From Mobula hypostoma (Eukaryota), in contig NC_086109.1 in assembly GCF_963921235.1 (NCBI RefSeq), positions 25,980,001-26,044,000 on the forward strand: a stretch of DNA of 64,000 nt, given 5' to 3'. The notes under the pieces are model-generated. The model made no database searches. It was not told where the DNA came from and worked only from the letters and a program-made list of their open reading frames with translations. This document shows, in pieces, positions 1 through 14,225 of this stretch. How positions within the stretch are numbered: the stretch's first letter is position 1; every line of letters starts with the position of its first letter. Both the position numbers and the translations under genes were made by a program.

Positions 1-945
1 GGGAAATTGGTTTTCATTACAGTTGCACCATAAATAATTAAATAGTATTAAAACCATAAATAATTAAATAGTAATATGTAAACTATGCCAGTAAATTATG
101 AAATAAGTCTAGGACCAGCCTATTGGCTCAGGGTGTCTGACCCTCCAAGAGAGGAGTTGTAAAGTTTGATGGCCACAGGCAGGAATGACTTCCTATGACG
201 CTTTGTGTTGCATCTCGGTGGAATGAGTCTCTGGCTGAATGTACTCCTGTGCCCACCCAGTACATTATGTAGTGGATGGGAGACATTGTCCAAGATGGCA
301 TGCAACTTGGACAGCATCCTCTTTTCAGACACCACCGTCAGAGAGTCCAGTTCCATCCCCACAACATCACTGGCCTTACAAATGAGTTTGTTGATTCTGT
401 TGGTGTCTGCTACCCTCAGCCTGCTGCCCCAGCACACAACAGCAAACATGATAGCACTGGCCACCACAGACTCGTAGAACATCCTCAGCATCGTCCGACA
501 GATGTTAAAGGATCTCAGTCTCCTCAGGAAATAGAGGCGGCTCTGACCCTTCTTAAAGGCCGCCTCAGTGTTCTTTGACTAGTCCAGTTTGTTGTCAATT
601 CATACCCCCAGGTATTTGTAATCCTCCACCATGTCCACACTCACCCCCTGGATGGAAACAGGGGTCATCGGTACCTTAGCTCTCCTCAGGTCTACCACCA
701 GCTCCTTAGTCTTTTTCACATTAAGCTGCAGATAATTCTGCTCACACCATGTGACAAAGTTTCCTACCGTAGCCCTGTACTCAGCCTCATCTCCCTTGCT
801 GATGCATCCAGCTATGACAGAGTCATCAGAAAACTTCTGAAGATGGCAAGACTCTGTACAGTAGTTGAAGTCCGAGGTGTAAATGGTGAAGAGAAAGGGA
901 GACCAGACAGTCCCCTGTGGAGCCCCAATGCTGCTGATCACTCTG
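1..945 (-). mobile_element. 5'-truncated Rex1/Babar-type LINE: RT C-terminal half plus 3' UTR, pseudogenised
   Basis: ORFs 600..1049 and 120..491 share a frame and join across two in-frame stops (TGA ~600, TAG ~580). Motifs: GAPQGTVWSPFLF, LQKFSDDS, NVKKTKELVVDLRR, YKYLG and C-terminal RHRKSFLPVAIKLYN. Confidence 0.9.
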
Positions 946-1002
946 ATCATAATTGAGCAAGTTAGCAAATCCAGTATCAAATTGGTTATTTTGATTAAAA
1001 GA

Positions 1003-1203
1003 TACAAAATGCTGGAGGAACTCAGTAGGTCTGGCAGGCCTGGTAGCATTTAAAGAGGGAAATAACAATTGATGTTTCAATCCCAGATTCTTCTTTGGGA
1101 CCAAAATGTTGACTGTTTGTTCCCTTCTATAGATGCTGTCCGATTTGCTGAGTTTCTCCAGCAGTTTGTATGTGTTGCTCAAGATCTCCAGCATCTGCAG
1201 GAT
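1003..1203. mobile_element. Decayed fold-back remnant of the PLE 3' end
   Basis: caaaatgctggaggaactcag ... ctgagtttctccagcagtttg inverted arms, then tccagcatctgcag; same family as 45463-45679. Confidence 0.75.
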
Positions 1204-4200
1204 ATATTTTGTGGTAATGGATATTTGGAGTGGGGTATTACTTTATTCACTGGAGTTAAAATTGACTCATTCAGGTTCTCATCAGAATCATGGTCATAAT
1301 TGACCAGGAAGAAAGAAATCATACTGGTAGCACAACAACTGATAGTCACCATACGTCTACTTCTGGATTTTATGTGCTCCACTGGACAGCTAATGGCTTG
1401 GCAGATTGAATTTGAGGTCTGAGTCTAACAATGATAAAGGAAGACAGATTTGATAACACTGATATCATGGTAGATTTAATGATTAGTGTAGGCAAGTCAA
1501 TCCACAGAGAGCAAGCAAAGAACCTAGGTCCATGAGAAAATTAAAAAATAGAGAAATGTTAAACTTGTGTGAACCTTGGTACATTATAATCTGCTGTAGT
1601 TTCTATGTTATGTTAAAATGACAAATGACTAGATTTTACCAGAAATGATATGAAAATCAAGAGGTCAAGCTGTCAGAAAAGCTTGGAGTTCTAGAAAGGA
1701 CTAGTTTGATAGGCTAATCACAAGGAGAATACTTCACTTCCAGTGAAGACTAGAGCTGTGATCTTTAACTAAGATATTAAATGCAATGAGGACTTCAGGA
1801 AAAATCTTATTTTCCTTGTGAAAGGTTAGAATGTGTGGCTTGTTTCCACAGGGAATAGCAGAGTTGGGTGGATATCTGGAGAAACACCAGGAGCAGAGAG
1901 GAACGGAAGGAAACATTAACGAGGGTAGATGAGGTTAGTTGAGAAATATTCAAGTGGAGCATTAAAAACTGATACTGTTACTTATTACTATGCAATGCTG
2001 TAAATATAAAAGTGCTGACCTAGAAGTTCATCCTTGTTTTGTACAACAAGATGTACTAATGTCATTTCTTTTGATTTCATTGCTACATTGCTATTCATTG
2101 AATAGTACAAGTAATAGTGGGAGGAAGAGTTCAATGAAAAAGGTGCATTCAGACTCGAGCTGAACATCATGACAGGATGATTGTGCTAGAAATATATGAG
2201 TGCTGTGACTTCAGGTATTGTAAGGTCACACGGAGAGTGATGAGTGAAGAGTAAGAAAGAAAAACCTTCTGTCTTTGGTCAGGTCCTAAACGTTTCCTTG
2301 CAATGGATTAATATTGTCAATGTGCACATGACTACCAGGTAGCTTGTTGACACAGCATCCTACGTCATGGTGAGAGAAGAATATTCTTCCCCACTTACCA
2401 CCGTCAACAAGTTCTTAAATTTGCATCCAATGAGTTTTCAGTGAAGCATCTTCCTTTTTCAGAAATTGCCATCCAGTTGCCTGCAATCAAAGTATAGCCC
2501 CTCTAAAAAAAAGTAGCTGCCTTTTGATAGCATCCGTATCTCCTATAATTCTACTGGATTACACTTTTCACTGTATGCTTTGATATACATATAATGGATA
2601 AAGATAATAATCATCTTTATCTTTACTGTCACTACTAGGAAATCAGAGGCTTGTGTTACCTGCTTAGCAATGATCGAGGCTCCTTGAACATTTTCACTCA
2701 AGAGGTACGCATGAAAAATGTGTACGGTCTACATAGAACTGATCATCCATTGAACTTTCTCAATTAGTTACAGGTTGGAGGATGGATGTTCAACACTACA
2801 TCAAATCAATTCAATTTATCCCTTTCCTTGGCTTGATCCCAGTGGTCCTGCAAATTCTCTCTGTTCAGATACCCAATGAACTCATCTTTGGATCTGCCTG
2901 TGTATTCCAGACAATGTACACCTCTATTCTTATGTGCTCTTCTAGCCCTTTTAGAATTATGCCCTCCAGGTAATATCGCTTCTTATCATTCTTCATTCCA
3001 AATTTTAAGATTCATTGTCCTCCCATCCTTCCATTCCACCAGATTCTCTGTTCTTCACTCTGCTATTCCTCTCAGTTCACTATACCCCCTAATAACTATT
3101 GACAATTGAAACATTGTCAGTAACAGATGAGCTATCATTTTTACCTCCTCATGGATCAAAATATGCTCAAAAATTCAATGATTTAGACAAGGCTAAATGT
3201 ATGTTTATTTTATATATTAGGAGAATTCCCTTTATCTTTGTTTTTTTTTAAATCAGGAACTAAAAACCTTTATGCAAGTTCATAGATCTTTTTCTATTGA
3301 TGATATGAAGGACTTAATGGCCTTCCGTGTCATAAACTTCCCAACACAGCCAGAAAACTAGCATTGAGAGTTATATTTATATGTTGAATGTGGCAAGATG
3401 TTTTCAACCATGGTGCCTTTATAAAACACTTAAATGTAAATGGTAGCAATTCTAATTATACTTTCCAATAATAATTTTGCAACTGCAATATCAAATTGTA
3501 GATAGATTTTAGACTATGTTGTATCTAATTAGATCCCTGGTGAGTAAACTTAGAACTGACTAGTTAAACCTTAATTCAGAATGGAAAATATATGCATATT
3601 TGGCAATCTTTTGCTGAGTACATTCACTTTAAAAAAGAACGTTTGTATTTTTAGGTTGTTTCAGTATCATTTTAGCTCAGCGATGCTTCTCTTGCATTTT
3701 AATTGGAAGGTTTTACTTAATGTTTTACTTAGGCTACGGTTGATCATCTGGGCTGAAAAACATTATTGCAGTGCAGATGGATCTTTGTGTCTTTAGTGGT
3801 AGCATGTTTCTGATAGGATGTTAAGATACCAACCTTCCAGATCCTCTGACACCATTTATAGAAGAGTGTTCGTAATGTCCTGGCTAACAGTGATCCTTCA
3901 AAGACCACCAACATAGCAGAGAAGCTGGCCATTTATTTTTGTTCTACATGGATCTGGTTGTTCGAATCGAATGGTACAATTTAATATCAGAGAACAAAAT
4001 GTTGGTTTCAGTGCCCATTTAAACATTGCACCATACTTGCATACTTTGTGATTTTTCCCACTTTGAAGTGATTGCCTTGAACGTGCGAACTACCCAGTCA
4101 TTGGTACATTATCCTCAGATTATGATAAATGGGAAAGATCTTATATGAATATGAAATATATTTAATAAGCAACAGCAACTTTCCAAAAAAAGATGTATTT

Positions 4201-5687
4201 AGTAGGACTATTAGTAGGACCTTAATAGATACATTTTAAACATATTTGTTGCAATTATTTGTTCCTTCATATGTGTGCTGACTATCAATTAGAGGTACGT
4301 TTGTGAATCAATTACAATTTTAAACAAATGATTTATTTGAAAACCCCAGTAATAACTGGTTGAAGAAATCAGCATCTGCATGAAGAAATACAGGGATTCA
4401 ATCACTTATAATTCTTGAAGAAACAACTGAAACACATAAATAAATGTACTGTTACTTCTGTGAACCCCTTACAAATATCTTTATTGTACTGATCAATAGG
4501 GAGGAATTAGTGATAAGATAAATTGCCAAAGAATACGCAAGCTAAAGGTAACTTACATACATACACTTTATAGTTAAAACTTATATTATGAAATTGTGCC
4601 TCAGAAATTTGAAGACAAAGCAAAAATGTTTCTAGATGCTGTATGATAGGTCAATCAATAGTGTAGCTCTTGAGTTTGTGGAGAGCTTTTAAAAGTATCA
4701 AACAAATAAGTTTTTAATCTGAAGGGTAAGAGGTAGAAAAAACTATAGCCTGCTTAATTTGTACATATAGAGTGATGGACAAAAATTAACCTTAAAAACC
4801 AAGTTTCCATATTGTGGATTCTGCATGCTTTTAACATGACAGGTAACATGCAGCAGTTTGAGTGTGGTGATAAACATTTAATATTTAGCAGTAAGATCGG
4901 AAATCAAATAAGAAAACGCTAAGGGCTAAAGAAAAATCTCTGTCCATCCAATTTTCCTATGCAATAGGAACATTATATTAACTTTAATTTACAGGGCTAT
5001 AAAAAGAAATTCAATTATTTCATAGCAATTAAACTAGTTTAAAACAGTTTAAGATATGATTGGATTTGTGCATTTCTGGTCATACACTACACCTTATTAC
5101 TGCACTTCGCTTTCAGTAATATGAAGCAGGACAGGAATGTTCATTCTTTATTAAACCAACATTTTAACCAATACATCTAATGAAACTATATCTGAATTGA
5201 GAGTGAGTGAGGCTGACACTGAGGGCCCAGAATGGAAAATGCTTTATGTTACTCTTAATGTCCTTTACCTCATTAAGCAAAAAACTGTAAAAAAAAAATG
5301 GATCTGCAGTATGTTCTGACACCATTCTACCTAAATGTTAAACCAATAAAATAAAATCTTAAGGATTTCTTTTATCTCTTTGTTCCTTTTATCTTCCCCC
5401 ACCCATGGCAATTTTGCCTGATAATTTAGTTCCTAATAACTCAAATGCCGGGATTAAGAGGCTGCTGTATTCCTGCACAGTGCCTTGGGGATATAATTAC
5501 AGGTATAAATATATCAATACTTGCTTCAAACATGACAGAAGGCAACTCTTTGCTTGCATTCAGCCAAACTGGTACTGCTGTAGTTCAAGCCTCCTCATAG
5601 TTGGCCATGCCTGAAATGCACTAAGTGGAAATTGTCTTCCTGTTTTATGCTGTAATGCAGAACATGTTGAAACCTGCTTCTCAAAGT

Positions 5688-6340
5688 AGATTAGATTAGA
5701 TTATGAGGACACTCAGTCCTCATTTATTGTCATTTAGTAATGCATGCATTAAGAAATGATACAATGTTCCTCCAGTATGATATCGCAGAAACACAAGACA
5801 GACCAAAACTAAAACTGACAAAAACCACATAATTATAACATATAGTTACAACAGTGCAAAGCAATACCGTAATTTGATTAAAAAAACAGACCATAAACAC
5901 GATAAAAAAAAGTCTCAAAGTCCCGATACCCCTTCATCTCACGCAGACGGTAGAAGGAAGAAAAACTCTCCATCATGAACCTCCAGCACCACAAGCTTGC
6001 CGATGCAGCATCTTGGAAGCACCCGTCCGCAGCCGACTCTGAGTCCGTCCGAAAACTTCGAGCCTCCGACCAGCCCTCCGACACCGAGCACCGAGCACCA
6101 TCCTCTACCAAGCGCTTCGGCCCCCGCCCCAGCCACCGAGCAGCAGGCAAAGCCAAGGATTCGGGACCTTCTCCTCCGGAGATTCTGGATCACACAGTAG
6201 CAGCGGCAATGAAACAGGCATTTCAGAAGTTTCTCCAGATGTTCCTCCGTGTTTCTCACGTCCATCTCCATCAAATCAGGATTGCGCACGGCACCCTACT
6301 TGACAGATTACAGATATTCATTGCGGAGTGGCCGCTGCAG
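5688..6340 (-). mobile_element. Non-autonomous LINE-derived/SINE-like element with (AATCT)n tail
   Basis: Reverse-complement homologue of 26535-28012, sharing the body and the 3' end (tgacaataaa...gtcctcataatctaatctaatct). No real ORF. Confidence 0.8.
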
Positions 6341-6420
6341 ATGAAATAAACAGTGCAGATGAAATAGAACGAAGTACCAAAAGAAGACAGCAGATCAGAC
6401 AGCATTATGAACAGAGAAAC

Positions 6421-6460
6421 AGAATTAACACTTCAGGACAATGACCTTTCATCAGCTTCT
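6421..6460 (-). other. Degenerate hammerhead-like motif, probably from a second PLE family
   Basis: Minus strand reads CTGATGA-A-AGG-tcattgt-CCT-GAAG-tgtt; GAAA is mutated. Confidence 0.45.
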
Positions 6461-6473
6461 GAGATTCACCCAT

Positions 6474-7175
6474 TAAGATCAGAGAAGATGAGGCGTATAG
6501 GAGGGAAATTAAAAATCTAGTTGAACGGTGCCACGACAACAACCTATCACTTAACATCAGCAAAGCTGAAGAGTTAGAAAGCTAAAAAGATGAAGAGTTG
6601 ATTATCAGCTGCAGGAGGGAGAAGCCCATGGAATTTCCATAAGACATTCCTCATAGGGGATCAGAGTTAGAGAGGCTCAGTAACTTTAAATTCCTTGGCA
6701 TAATCATATCAAAGGATATGTCTTTGAACCAGCATGTAAGTGCCATCACAAAGAAGCACATCACTGCCTCTACTTTCATGTGATTCAGCATGTCATCTAA
6801 AACTTTGACAAGCTTCTATAAATGCACAGTGGAGAGAATCCTGCCTGGTTGCATCAAGGCCTGGTAACATCAATGCCCAAGAATGGTAAAGCCTACAGAA
6901 AGTAGTGGATGTAGCCCAGTTCATGACAGGAAAAACCCTCCCAACCATTGAGCACATTTACATGGAACATTACCACGAGAAAGCAGCATCCATTGTCAAG
7001 GACCCCCACCGTCCATGCTGTCTTCTTGCTACTACTATCAGACAGAAGATAAAAGAGCCTTAAGTCCCACAGCACTAGGTTCAAAAACAATTACTACCTT
7101 ACAACTATCAGAACCAGCATGGATAACTTGGTAATGTATATGCACTTTGATAATAAATTTAATTAGAGTTTGAAA
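6474..7175 (+). mobile_element. Decayed Rex1/Babar LINE 3' fragment
   Basis: Frameshifted translation EDEAYRREIKNLVERCHDNNLSLNISK...FKFLG; ends in the family tail ctttgataataaattt. Confidence 0.8.
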
Positions 7176-8584
7176 CTGGCATGAAAAGTGCTCAGTATAA
7201 AATCTGAACATCTCCTCTAGTCAAAACCTATTCTTTCAGAAATATAAAAATTGGTTTAGTAGCGAGACTGTATGATGTAAATAGCAATACCCCAGCATAA
7301 TCATGATACTACAATCAACCACATCCAGTCTTTATTGTTTTAGACAATTATTATTGTACACCCTGTTAATTCTCACCGGTGGTTAATTCTCACTGAGCCA
7401 AACATTAACTGATAAATGGAATAAAATGATGGGAAGGTCAAAGGGCTGCCTTAACAAGAAAACCAGCTTGTGTGACTTGATGACTTTTCTTCATTATCTC
7501 CACTACAAAATGTTTCTAATGTTAATTTCCCGATCATAGAGTGAAGCAAACCCATCAGTTTCAAATGTGCATGGTTGTGAATGCAGAAGAAGTTCTCTTT
7601 TCTTCCATCTGGATGATTTCATTACATGCTAAATGAGGAAGTTAAGTTGACCTTTTCTTTCCCTTCAGATGTAATTTTGATTGATTTTGGTGGTACTTCC
7701 AAAACCTTTCTAATATGAAAGCTTATTTCATGTTTGGCACTGAATCAGCAGATCACATTATGCAGATACAGAAAAGGAGATTCTTGTTTTTTCTGTAGAT
7801 GTGGCATTTGTTCAGATGGAGATGTTAGAGGAAGAGAAGCAAATGAACTAAGCTCCTTGCTAGCTCTATATTATTAAAATGTAAAGGAGTCATTATTTTT
7901 ACAGTTACAGTTTTGATATATTGCATAATTTACTTAAAAACAAATAGCATGGCAAATGATTGTTTTATATTGCCACAAGATCCTCAAGTTTCCACATCCC
8001 TGCATTAATATCCAATCAAACCTTAGCAGAAATAATCAAATTATATTATAAAATACTGATTTATAGAGAATCAATTACAAGGAAACCTTCAAGAGAAAAA
8101 AAACTGAGAAGATGAAATGGACCAACTTTTTTTCTTTCACTTAGCAGACATCAACTGCCACAATGTGTCAATTTGCTTTTGTTTCTAAGCATTACACTGA
8201 AAATGTCTTATTGATTAATTACAGCTATATCATGTTTGTGTTTAACATATCTAGAAAAAATATGTAGTAATGCAAGTTACTTCTGTGTAGTTGCCAACTA
8301 TGGAAGTTTTCAACATTACACAAAAACGGGCCCTATGGTTGTGATAATGCAGCTAAACAAATCTATCTAATCTATTGCATTGAAATTACAACCACATGCT
8401 CACACCTGTTATATAATCTGTATAGTCTAGATGTCACAAAGAATTGCCACCATCAGTATTCATTGTGGTGTATTTGCTTGCTGCCATTTTCAAATCATCA
8501 GCTATTATTCGCTTATGACAAGCATCCCCATATCTTTCCAAGTAATTTAAAATGAAAACAGAAAATTGTATACATAAGGAAGTC

Positions 8585-8895
8585 CAAAGCTACACACACC
8601 AAATGCTGGAGGAATTCAGCTGGTCAGGCAGCATCTATGGAAATGAATAAACTGTCAACATTTTGGGCTGAGACTCTTCTTCAGGACTGAAAAGGACAGG
8701 GAAAGACTCCAGAATAATAAGCTGGGGGGAGGGAAAGGGGGCTAGCTATAGGTAAGAGGTGAAGCCAGGTGGGTAAGAAAGGTAAAGGGCTAGAGATAAA
8801 GGAATCTGACAGGAGAGGAGAGTGGACCATAGGAGGAAGAGAAGGAGGAGGGGACCCGGGGGACATGATAAGTGAGAAGAGGTAAGATGTTGGAG
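8585..8895 (-). mobile_element. PLE 3' end (older subfamily) with degenerate hammerhead
   Basis: caaatgctggaggaattcagc...; minus strand cagtcCTGAAGAagagtctcagcccAAAAtgttgac; purine-rich UTR like 53060-53430. Confidence 0.8.
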
Positions 8896-9564
8896 AGAAG
8901 CTTCTGCTCTTTATAAATTCATATTCGCAGTATCTGCAGTGTTTTTCTTTGAACTAATTTAAGGGTTGCAATTAATAATGTCTAACTCTGTCTTTTTGGT
9001 GAGGCATGAAGGCAAATATTATTGCTTGAAGCCTTTAAGTGCAGATCCAAGTTAAAAGAAATCTCACTGGGCAGAGGTTTGATTCTGTGGAATCAATTGC
9101 CTACTTCTCCACCTAAAAAAAGTCAACTAAAGATTCAATCTGTCACTGTGAGTGGGATGGAAAATGGTTGCTGGTTTTGCATCAACAGTCAATATTTATG
9201 AAAATAATTAACTGCACATGCATCCTGTGTACAGTTTTGCAAAAGAACTGAAAAGTGATGTCAGAAAGCAAATCCTTTTTCCTTTCCCTAGTGGCATGTG
9301 TTATCTCATCTGGAATGTATAAATGACTTGGTTGGGTACATTTGTGAAACACCTGCTATAACACAGTACTTCTTTGTTTCTTGTAAGTGCTATATAAGTT
9401 GAAGGCAAAATTAATATATTTTTATGAAGGTAGTTCCATCATCCTAGTGGGAAAAAAATTGCAAAAATAACGCAGTGCTAAGTCAGTATGGGCTTTGGTA
9501 AGTAGCTTTATTCCCAAACCAAGTAAGTTACTGGGAAAACCTAAGCCATCTTCTGGAATACTGC

Positions 9565-9828
9565 TTTGATAGGATGTCCCTTTAGAAAAGAGATAAGGAG
9601 GAATTTCTTTAGCCAGGGGCTGCTGTACCTTGGGAATTCATTGCCACAGGCAGCAGTGGAGACCAAGTCATCAGGTACACTTAAAGCAGAGGTTGATAGG
9701 TTCTTGATTAATAAGGGTGTTAAAGATAATGGGGAGGAGGCAGGAAAATGCGGTCGAGCCATGATAGAACTGCAGAACAGACTTGATGGGCCAAATGGCT
9801 TTATTCTGCTTCTATATCATATGGTCAC
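9565..9828 (+). mobile_element. CR1 LINE 3' end
   Basis: Translation GCPFRKEIRRNFFSQ...NSLPQAAVE...KAEVDRFL; 3' UTR gatgggccaaatggc...tatggtc. Confidence 0.85.
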
Positions 9829-10189
9829 TATTTCTATTGCAAGTTTTCAGTCTAAGTGATTCAAATAGTTACCTGTTCACTTTTGCTAAGGTTGTCAAGT
9901 CAGAAATACAGATTACTTTCAAAGCTCCTGTCCTGTCACACCTGATTTTATCAGATTCAAGGTGCTTTATTCAACTTGAATCAATGTTAAAGATGCTGCA
10001 GATAAGCTGCTATAAATATCTGTATCTATCATCCATTGCTAGCATGCAACATTCTACACAATATTCAACTTAGCCATGACAAATTACGGGCTGGAGATTG
10101 AATCAGTCCACGACATTGAATTGCATACACTGGACCTCTTTGGAGATAAAGTAAAGGAACAATGTACATACGTACAGTATATAAACATA

Positions 10190-10735
10190 CACTAAGTGGC
10201 CACTTTATTAGATACACCCTGTGGGTAATAAAGTGGCCACTGAATGTATGTTCATGGTCTTCTGCTACAAGGTTTGATGTGTTATGCATTCAGAGAAACT
10301 CTTCTGCACAACGCTGCTGTCTCGCGTATTTACTTGAGTTACTATCACCTTACTATCAATTTGAACCAGTTTGGCCATTTCCCTCTGACTTCTCCCATTA
10401 ACAAGGCATTTTCGCCCACAGTACTGCCATTCACTAGATGTTTTTTGTTTTATGTGCCATTCTCTGTAGAGACTGTGGTGTGTGAACATCTTAGGAGATC
10501 AGTTGTTTCTGAGGTACTCACACCTCCCTATCCAGTACCAACAATCATTCCATGGTCAAAGTCATTTGGATCACATTTCTATCCCCATTCTGTTATTTGG
10601 AACGAACAGCAATTGAACTTTTTGATCATATCTGCCTGCGTTTCTGCATTGAGTTGCTGCTACATTATTGGCTGATTAGGTATTTGCATTAATGAGCAGG
10701 TGCACAGGTGTACCTAATAAAGTAGCCACTGAGTG
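10190..10735 (-). mobile_element. Non-autonomous Tc1/mariner element, copy 1
   Basis: TIRs cactaagtggccactttattagatacacc / ggtgtacctaataaagtagccactgagtg, flanked by TA; minus-strand remnant of the transposase N-terminus; homologous to 40765-41526 and 57290-57865. Confidence 0.9.
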
Positions 10736-11731
10736 TATTTTTATCAATTCTCAAGTTAAAATGATCACCTATTCCTGGAGTCTGCAAAAAATTTTTTATA
10801 ACTATATGGGAATTATATCTGACATAGAAGGCGCCTAATGATCCTGGATCTCCCTGTCAGTGTCTTAGAAGTTCTGACTGAAGCATATCCGTATGATCTT
10901 GAGAGTTGCCGAGCTCTCTTGATACCCTGGTTCAAGACAATCAGGAGATGGAGGGAAGCAGGATAGGTGGCAAGCATTGAGCATTAAAGAATAGCCACCT
11001 TTTTTATATATATTTTGCTGTAGATTCAAAGTGGGTGGCAAAATCAAATACTATCCCCTTCATGTGGAAAGTGGATCCATCTTCCAGATCGTTTGGAAAA
11101 GTAAACTTATTTGAGGTAATTTTAACTTTCATTGCTAACATAAGAGAAATACTGGATAGACTGGCTACATTTTTATTTCTTCCATTTAACAACCAGCAGG
11201 GCTGTAGCTGAGGCAGCAGAGACATGATCAGCATGGGTGTGGACCAAGTATGTCCAGAGGGGCAGGTAGTCAGACAGTGTGTACATCTTTTGCAAACCCT
11301 TCAGTAGTTGCATAGACACCTGAAGAGTAGACTATCCGTTGGATGGAAGTGACCAACAACTCTGATAGGAGCAGATGCCAAGTTTTTAAGCTTACCAGTG
11401 GGAGGTGGTGCTTTAGCACTACTGGCCCACCACCTCGAGGGAGTCTTGATCGTAAGTGGGCCGAAACTCCTGAAGACAGGTGGCAGATCAACTGATGATC
11501 CCACTGGTGATAGCACAGGACGGTTAACAGCTTAGTCCACGTGTATTTTCAATTCTTAATTCTTTTGCATTAACGCTGAGAAGTGTAGAACAGGCAGTGT
11601 GTTCAAAGTTGCTCATTTGATAATGAAGTGAAAATTGTCCCTCATATTCTAAGAGAATTTAGATAATTATTTGCTGCTTATTTCATTGGAAGACTTGACA
11701 CTACATCACTGGAACAAACTAGGTTCCATAT

Positions 11732-12110
11732 GAATCATAATCAGAATCAGGTTTAGTATCTCTGGCATATGACATGAAACTTGTTAACTTTGCAGCAGCA
11801 GTATAATGCAATGCATAATAATAGAAAAGAAAAAAGCATGAATTACAGTCAATATATATAATAAATAGTTAAATTAAATAAGTAATGCAAAAAATAGGTA
11901 ATAAAAAGGTAGTAAAGTCATGAACTCAATGTCCGTTCAGAAATTGGATGGCAGGAAGGGAGAAGCTGTTCCTGAATCATTGAGTGTGTGCCTTCAGGCT
12001 TCTGCACCTCTTTCCCGGTGGTAGCAATGAGAAGAGGGCGTGTCCTGGGTGCTGGAGGATCCTAGTGATGGATGCTGCCTTCCTGAGGCACCGCTCTTTG
12101 AAGTTGACCT
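11732..12110 (-). mobile_element. Rex1/Babar LINE 3' end with (GATTCT)n tail
   Basis: ORF 11977..12159 contains RCLRKAASI...HPGHALFSLLPPGKRCRSLKAHT. Confidence 0.85.
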
Positions 12111-12289
12111 GAATACAACATTTTTGCTGACTAAAGTTATAAAATCTTTTTCTACTCATGTACCATTAAATAGATCATTTCTTATTTATAAATGATCCTA
12201 CAGATTAATAAAATATGGTTGGAGATTCATGAGCAGAACATTCATGAGAGTTTACCTCTATATCCTACATTTTTCTAATTCATATTTAA

Positions 12290-12709
12290 GGACCAAGATG
12301 TCACTGGCAAGATCAGTATTTATTGCCCACCCCTAAATGACCTGGAGAATGTGATGGTAAAACTCTTTTACAAATCAGTTGAACTTTTCTTGTGAACATT
12401 CACAGTGATGTTGGGTAGGGAATTCCAGGATTAAATACAGAGATAATGAAGAACAATGATACTTTTTTTAGATTATAAGCAACTGGGCATGCACTTACAG
12501 GTGGTGGCATTGTCACCTGTATGTACATACTGTCCTTGCCCTTCTTGACAGTAAATGCCAAGGATTTTGGAAGATACTCGAGAGTAGCCTTGGCAGGAAG
12601 GGCACACCAACAGTGCACCAATGACAGAGGGGATGATTGTTCAGAATGGTAGGGCAGCCAATCACAAAGATCACATTGCCTGAACTATTGTTGAGTTTCT
12701 TGAGTACAG
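12290..12709 (-). mobile_element. Old, highly decayed LINE 3' end; appears to resume near 14230-14450 after two Rex insertions
   Basis: Resembles a common elasmobranch LINE 3' end (ggcaag..cagtatttattgcccacccctaa...gggtagggaattccaggatt). Recognised from memory only. Confidence 0.5.
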
Positions 12710-13249
12710 TTAAGGTTCACAATCCTCAGGAGCTGCTGATTCAATTCTATTCAGAAATAATCCAGTCTGTTCTCTGTTCCTCCATCACTGTCTGGTTTGG
12801 ATCAGCTACCAGACAAGACAAGAATAGACTCCAAAGAACCATCAGGGCTGTGGAAAGGATTATTGGTGTGAAGCTGCCCTCGATCCAGGACTTATATGCA
12901 TCTAGAGTCAGGAAGTGAGCAAGCAGCATCATTGTAGACCCATCACACCCTGGACATCACCTGTTCTAACTCCTTCCTTCTGGTAAGTGCTTTAGATCAC
13001 TGTATTCCAGGACAAATAGAAACAGTTTCTTTCCGTATACCATCAGTCTTATGAACACTTGAATTTTAGTCTATTATAAACCAAGTCCACCTGTACATAC
13101 ACAGGTATACCTCATTGTATATAGTTCACAATTATTTGCACTATTGTTTTGTTTGCTTTTTGATTCTTTACAGCAAGAGCTCAGGGAAACCAGCATCAAA
13201 TTCCCTGTATGTGTCCACATATTTGGCGATAATAAAGGATTCTGATTCT
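12710..13249 (+). mobile_element. Rex1/Babar LINE 3' fragment
   Basis: Translation PQELLIQFYSEIIQSVLCSSITVWFGS...RLQRTIRAVERIIG..LPSIQDLY; tail aataaaggattctgattct. Confidence 0.88.
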
Positions 13250-13310
13250 AATGAGAAGTGTTACAATCTGCTCCCGACCTGTCTGTCTTTTGGAGATGGG
13301 GCTGAGGGTT

Positions 13311-14225
13311 CAGAATCAGAATCAGTTTAATATCGTTTGCATATGTCATGAAATTTGTTGTTTTTCCACAGCAATGTATTGCAATACATAAAAATAAAAG
13401 CTATAGATTACAACAAGAAGTATATATAAAATAATAAATTAAATAAGAAGTGCAAAAAGAGAGGGGAAAATACTGAGATAGTGTTCATAGGTTCATTGTC
13501 CAGTCAAAAATCTGATGACTGAAAGGAAGAAGCTGTTCTTGAAACATTGTGTGTGTGTGTCTTCAGGCTCCTATACCTCCTCCTTGATAGTAGCAATGAG
13601 AAGAGGACTGTCCTGAGTGATGGGGGTCTTTAACAATGGATGCCGCCTTTTGACGGTGTCCTGGGTGCGGGGGAGGCTAGTGCAAATGATGGAGCTGGCT
13701 GGGTTTACAACTTTCTGGAACTTTTTCCGGTCCTATGCAGCAGTCCCTCCATGCCAGAGAGTGAAGCAGCCAGTTAGAATCTGGATCAGAATCAGGTTTA
13801 TTATCACCGGCATGTGTTGTGAAATGTGTTAACTTAGGTTCAATGCAATACATAATATAGAAGAAGAAGAAAAAAATGCTCTGCGTGATACATCTGTAGT
13901 AATTTGCGAGTGTCTTTCGTGACATACCAAGTTTCTTCAAACTCCTAATGAAATATAGCTGCCATTATGCCTTCTTTGTAGTTGCATCAATATGTTGGGC
14001 CAAGGATAGATCCTCAAAGATGTTGACACCTTGGAACTTGAAACCGCTCATCCTTTCCACTTCTGATCTCTCGATGAGCACCGGTGTGTGTTCCCTTGAC
14101 TTACCCTTCCTGAAGTCCACATTCAATTCCTTAGTACTACTGACGTTGAGTGTATGGCTGTTGCTGCGACATCACTCAACCAGCTGATTTAAGTCATTCC
14201 TGTATGCCCCCTCGTCACCATCTGA
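13311..14225 (-). mobile_element. Rex1/Babar LINE 3' fragment, interrupted by a short extra tail fragment at ~13780-13872
   Basis: (gaatca)n tail at 13311; minus-strand translation LNVSSTKELNVDFRK...FKFQG...LKKLGMSRKTLANYYRC. Confidence 0.85.

Noticed and set aside
120..1049. Active reverse transcriptase gene
   Set aside because: 5'-truncated with in-frame stops; a dead LINE copy.
5878..6349. Overlapping 90-124 aa ORFs on both strands (also 26615-26929, 27327-27722)
   Set aside because: They lie in GC-rich repeat or LTR sequence, and the frames are not conserved between paralogous copies.
11301..11530. Possible minus-strand exon ending at a GTAAG donor (~11395)
   Set aside because: No convincing acceptor and no recognisable peptide in any frame.
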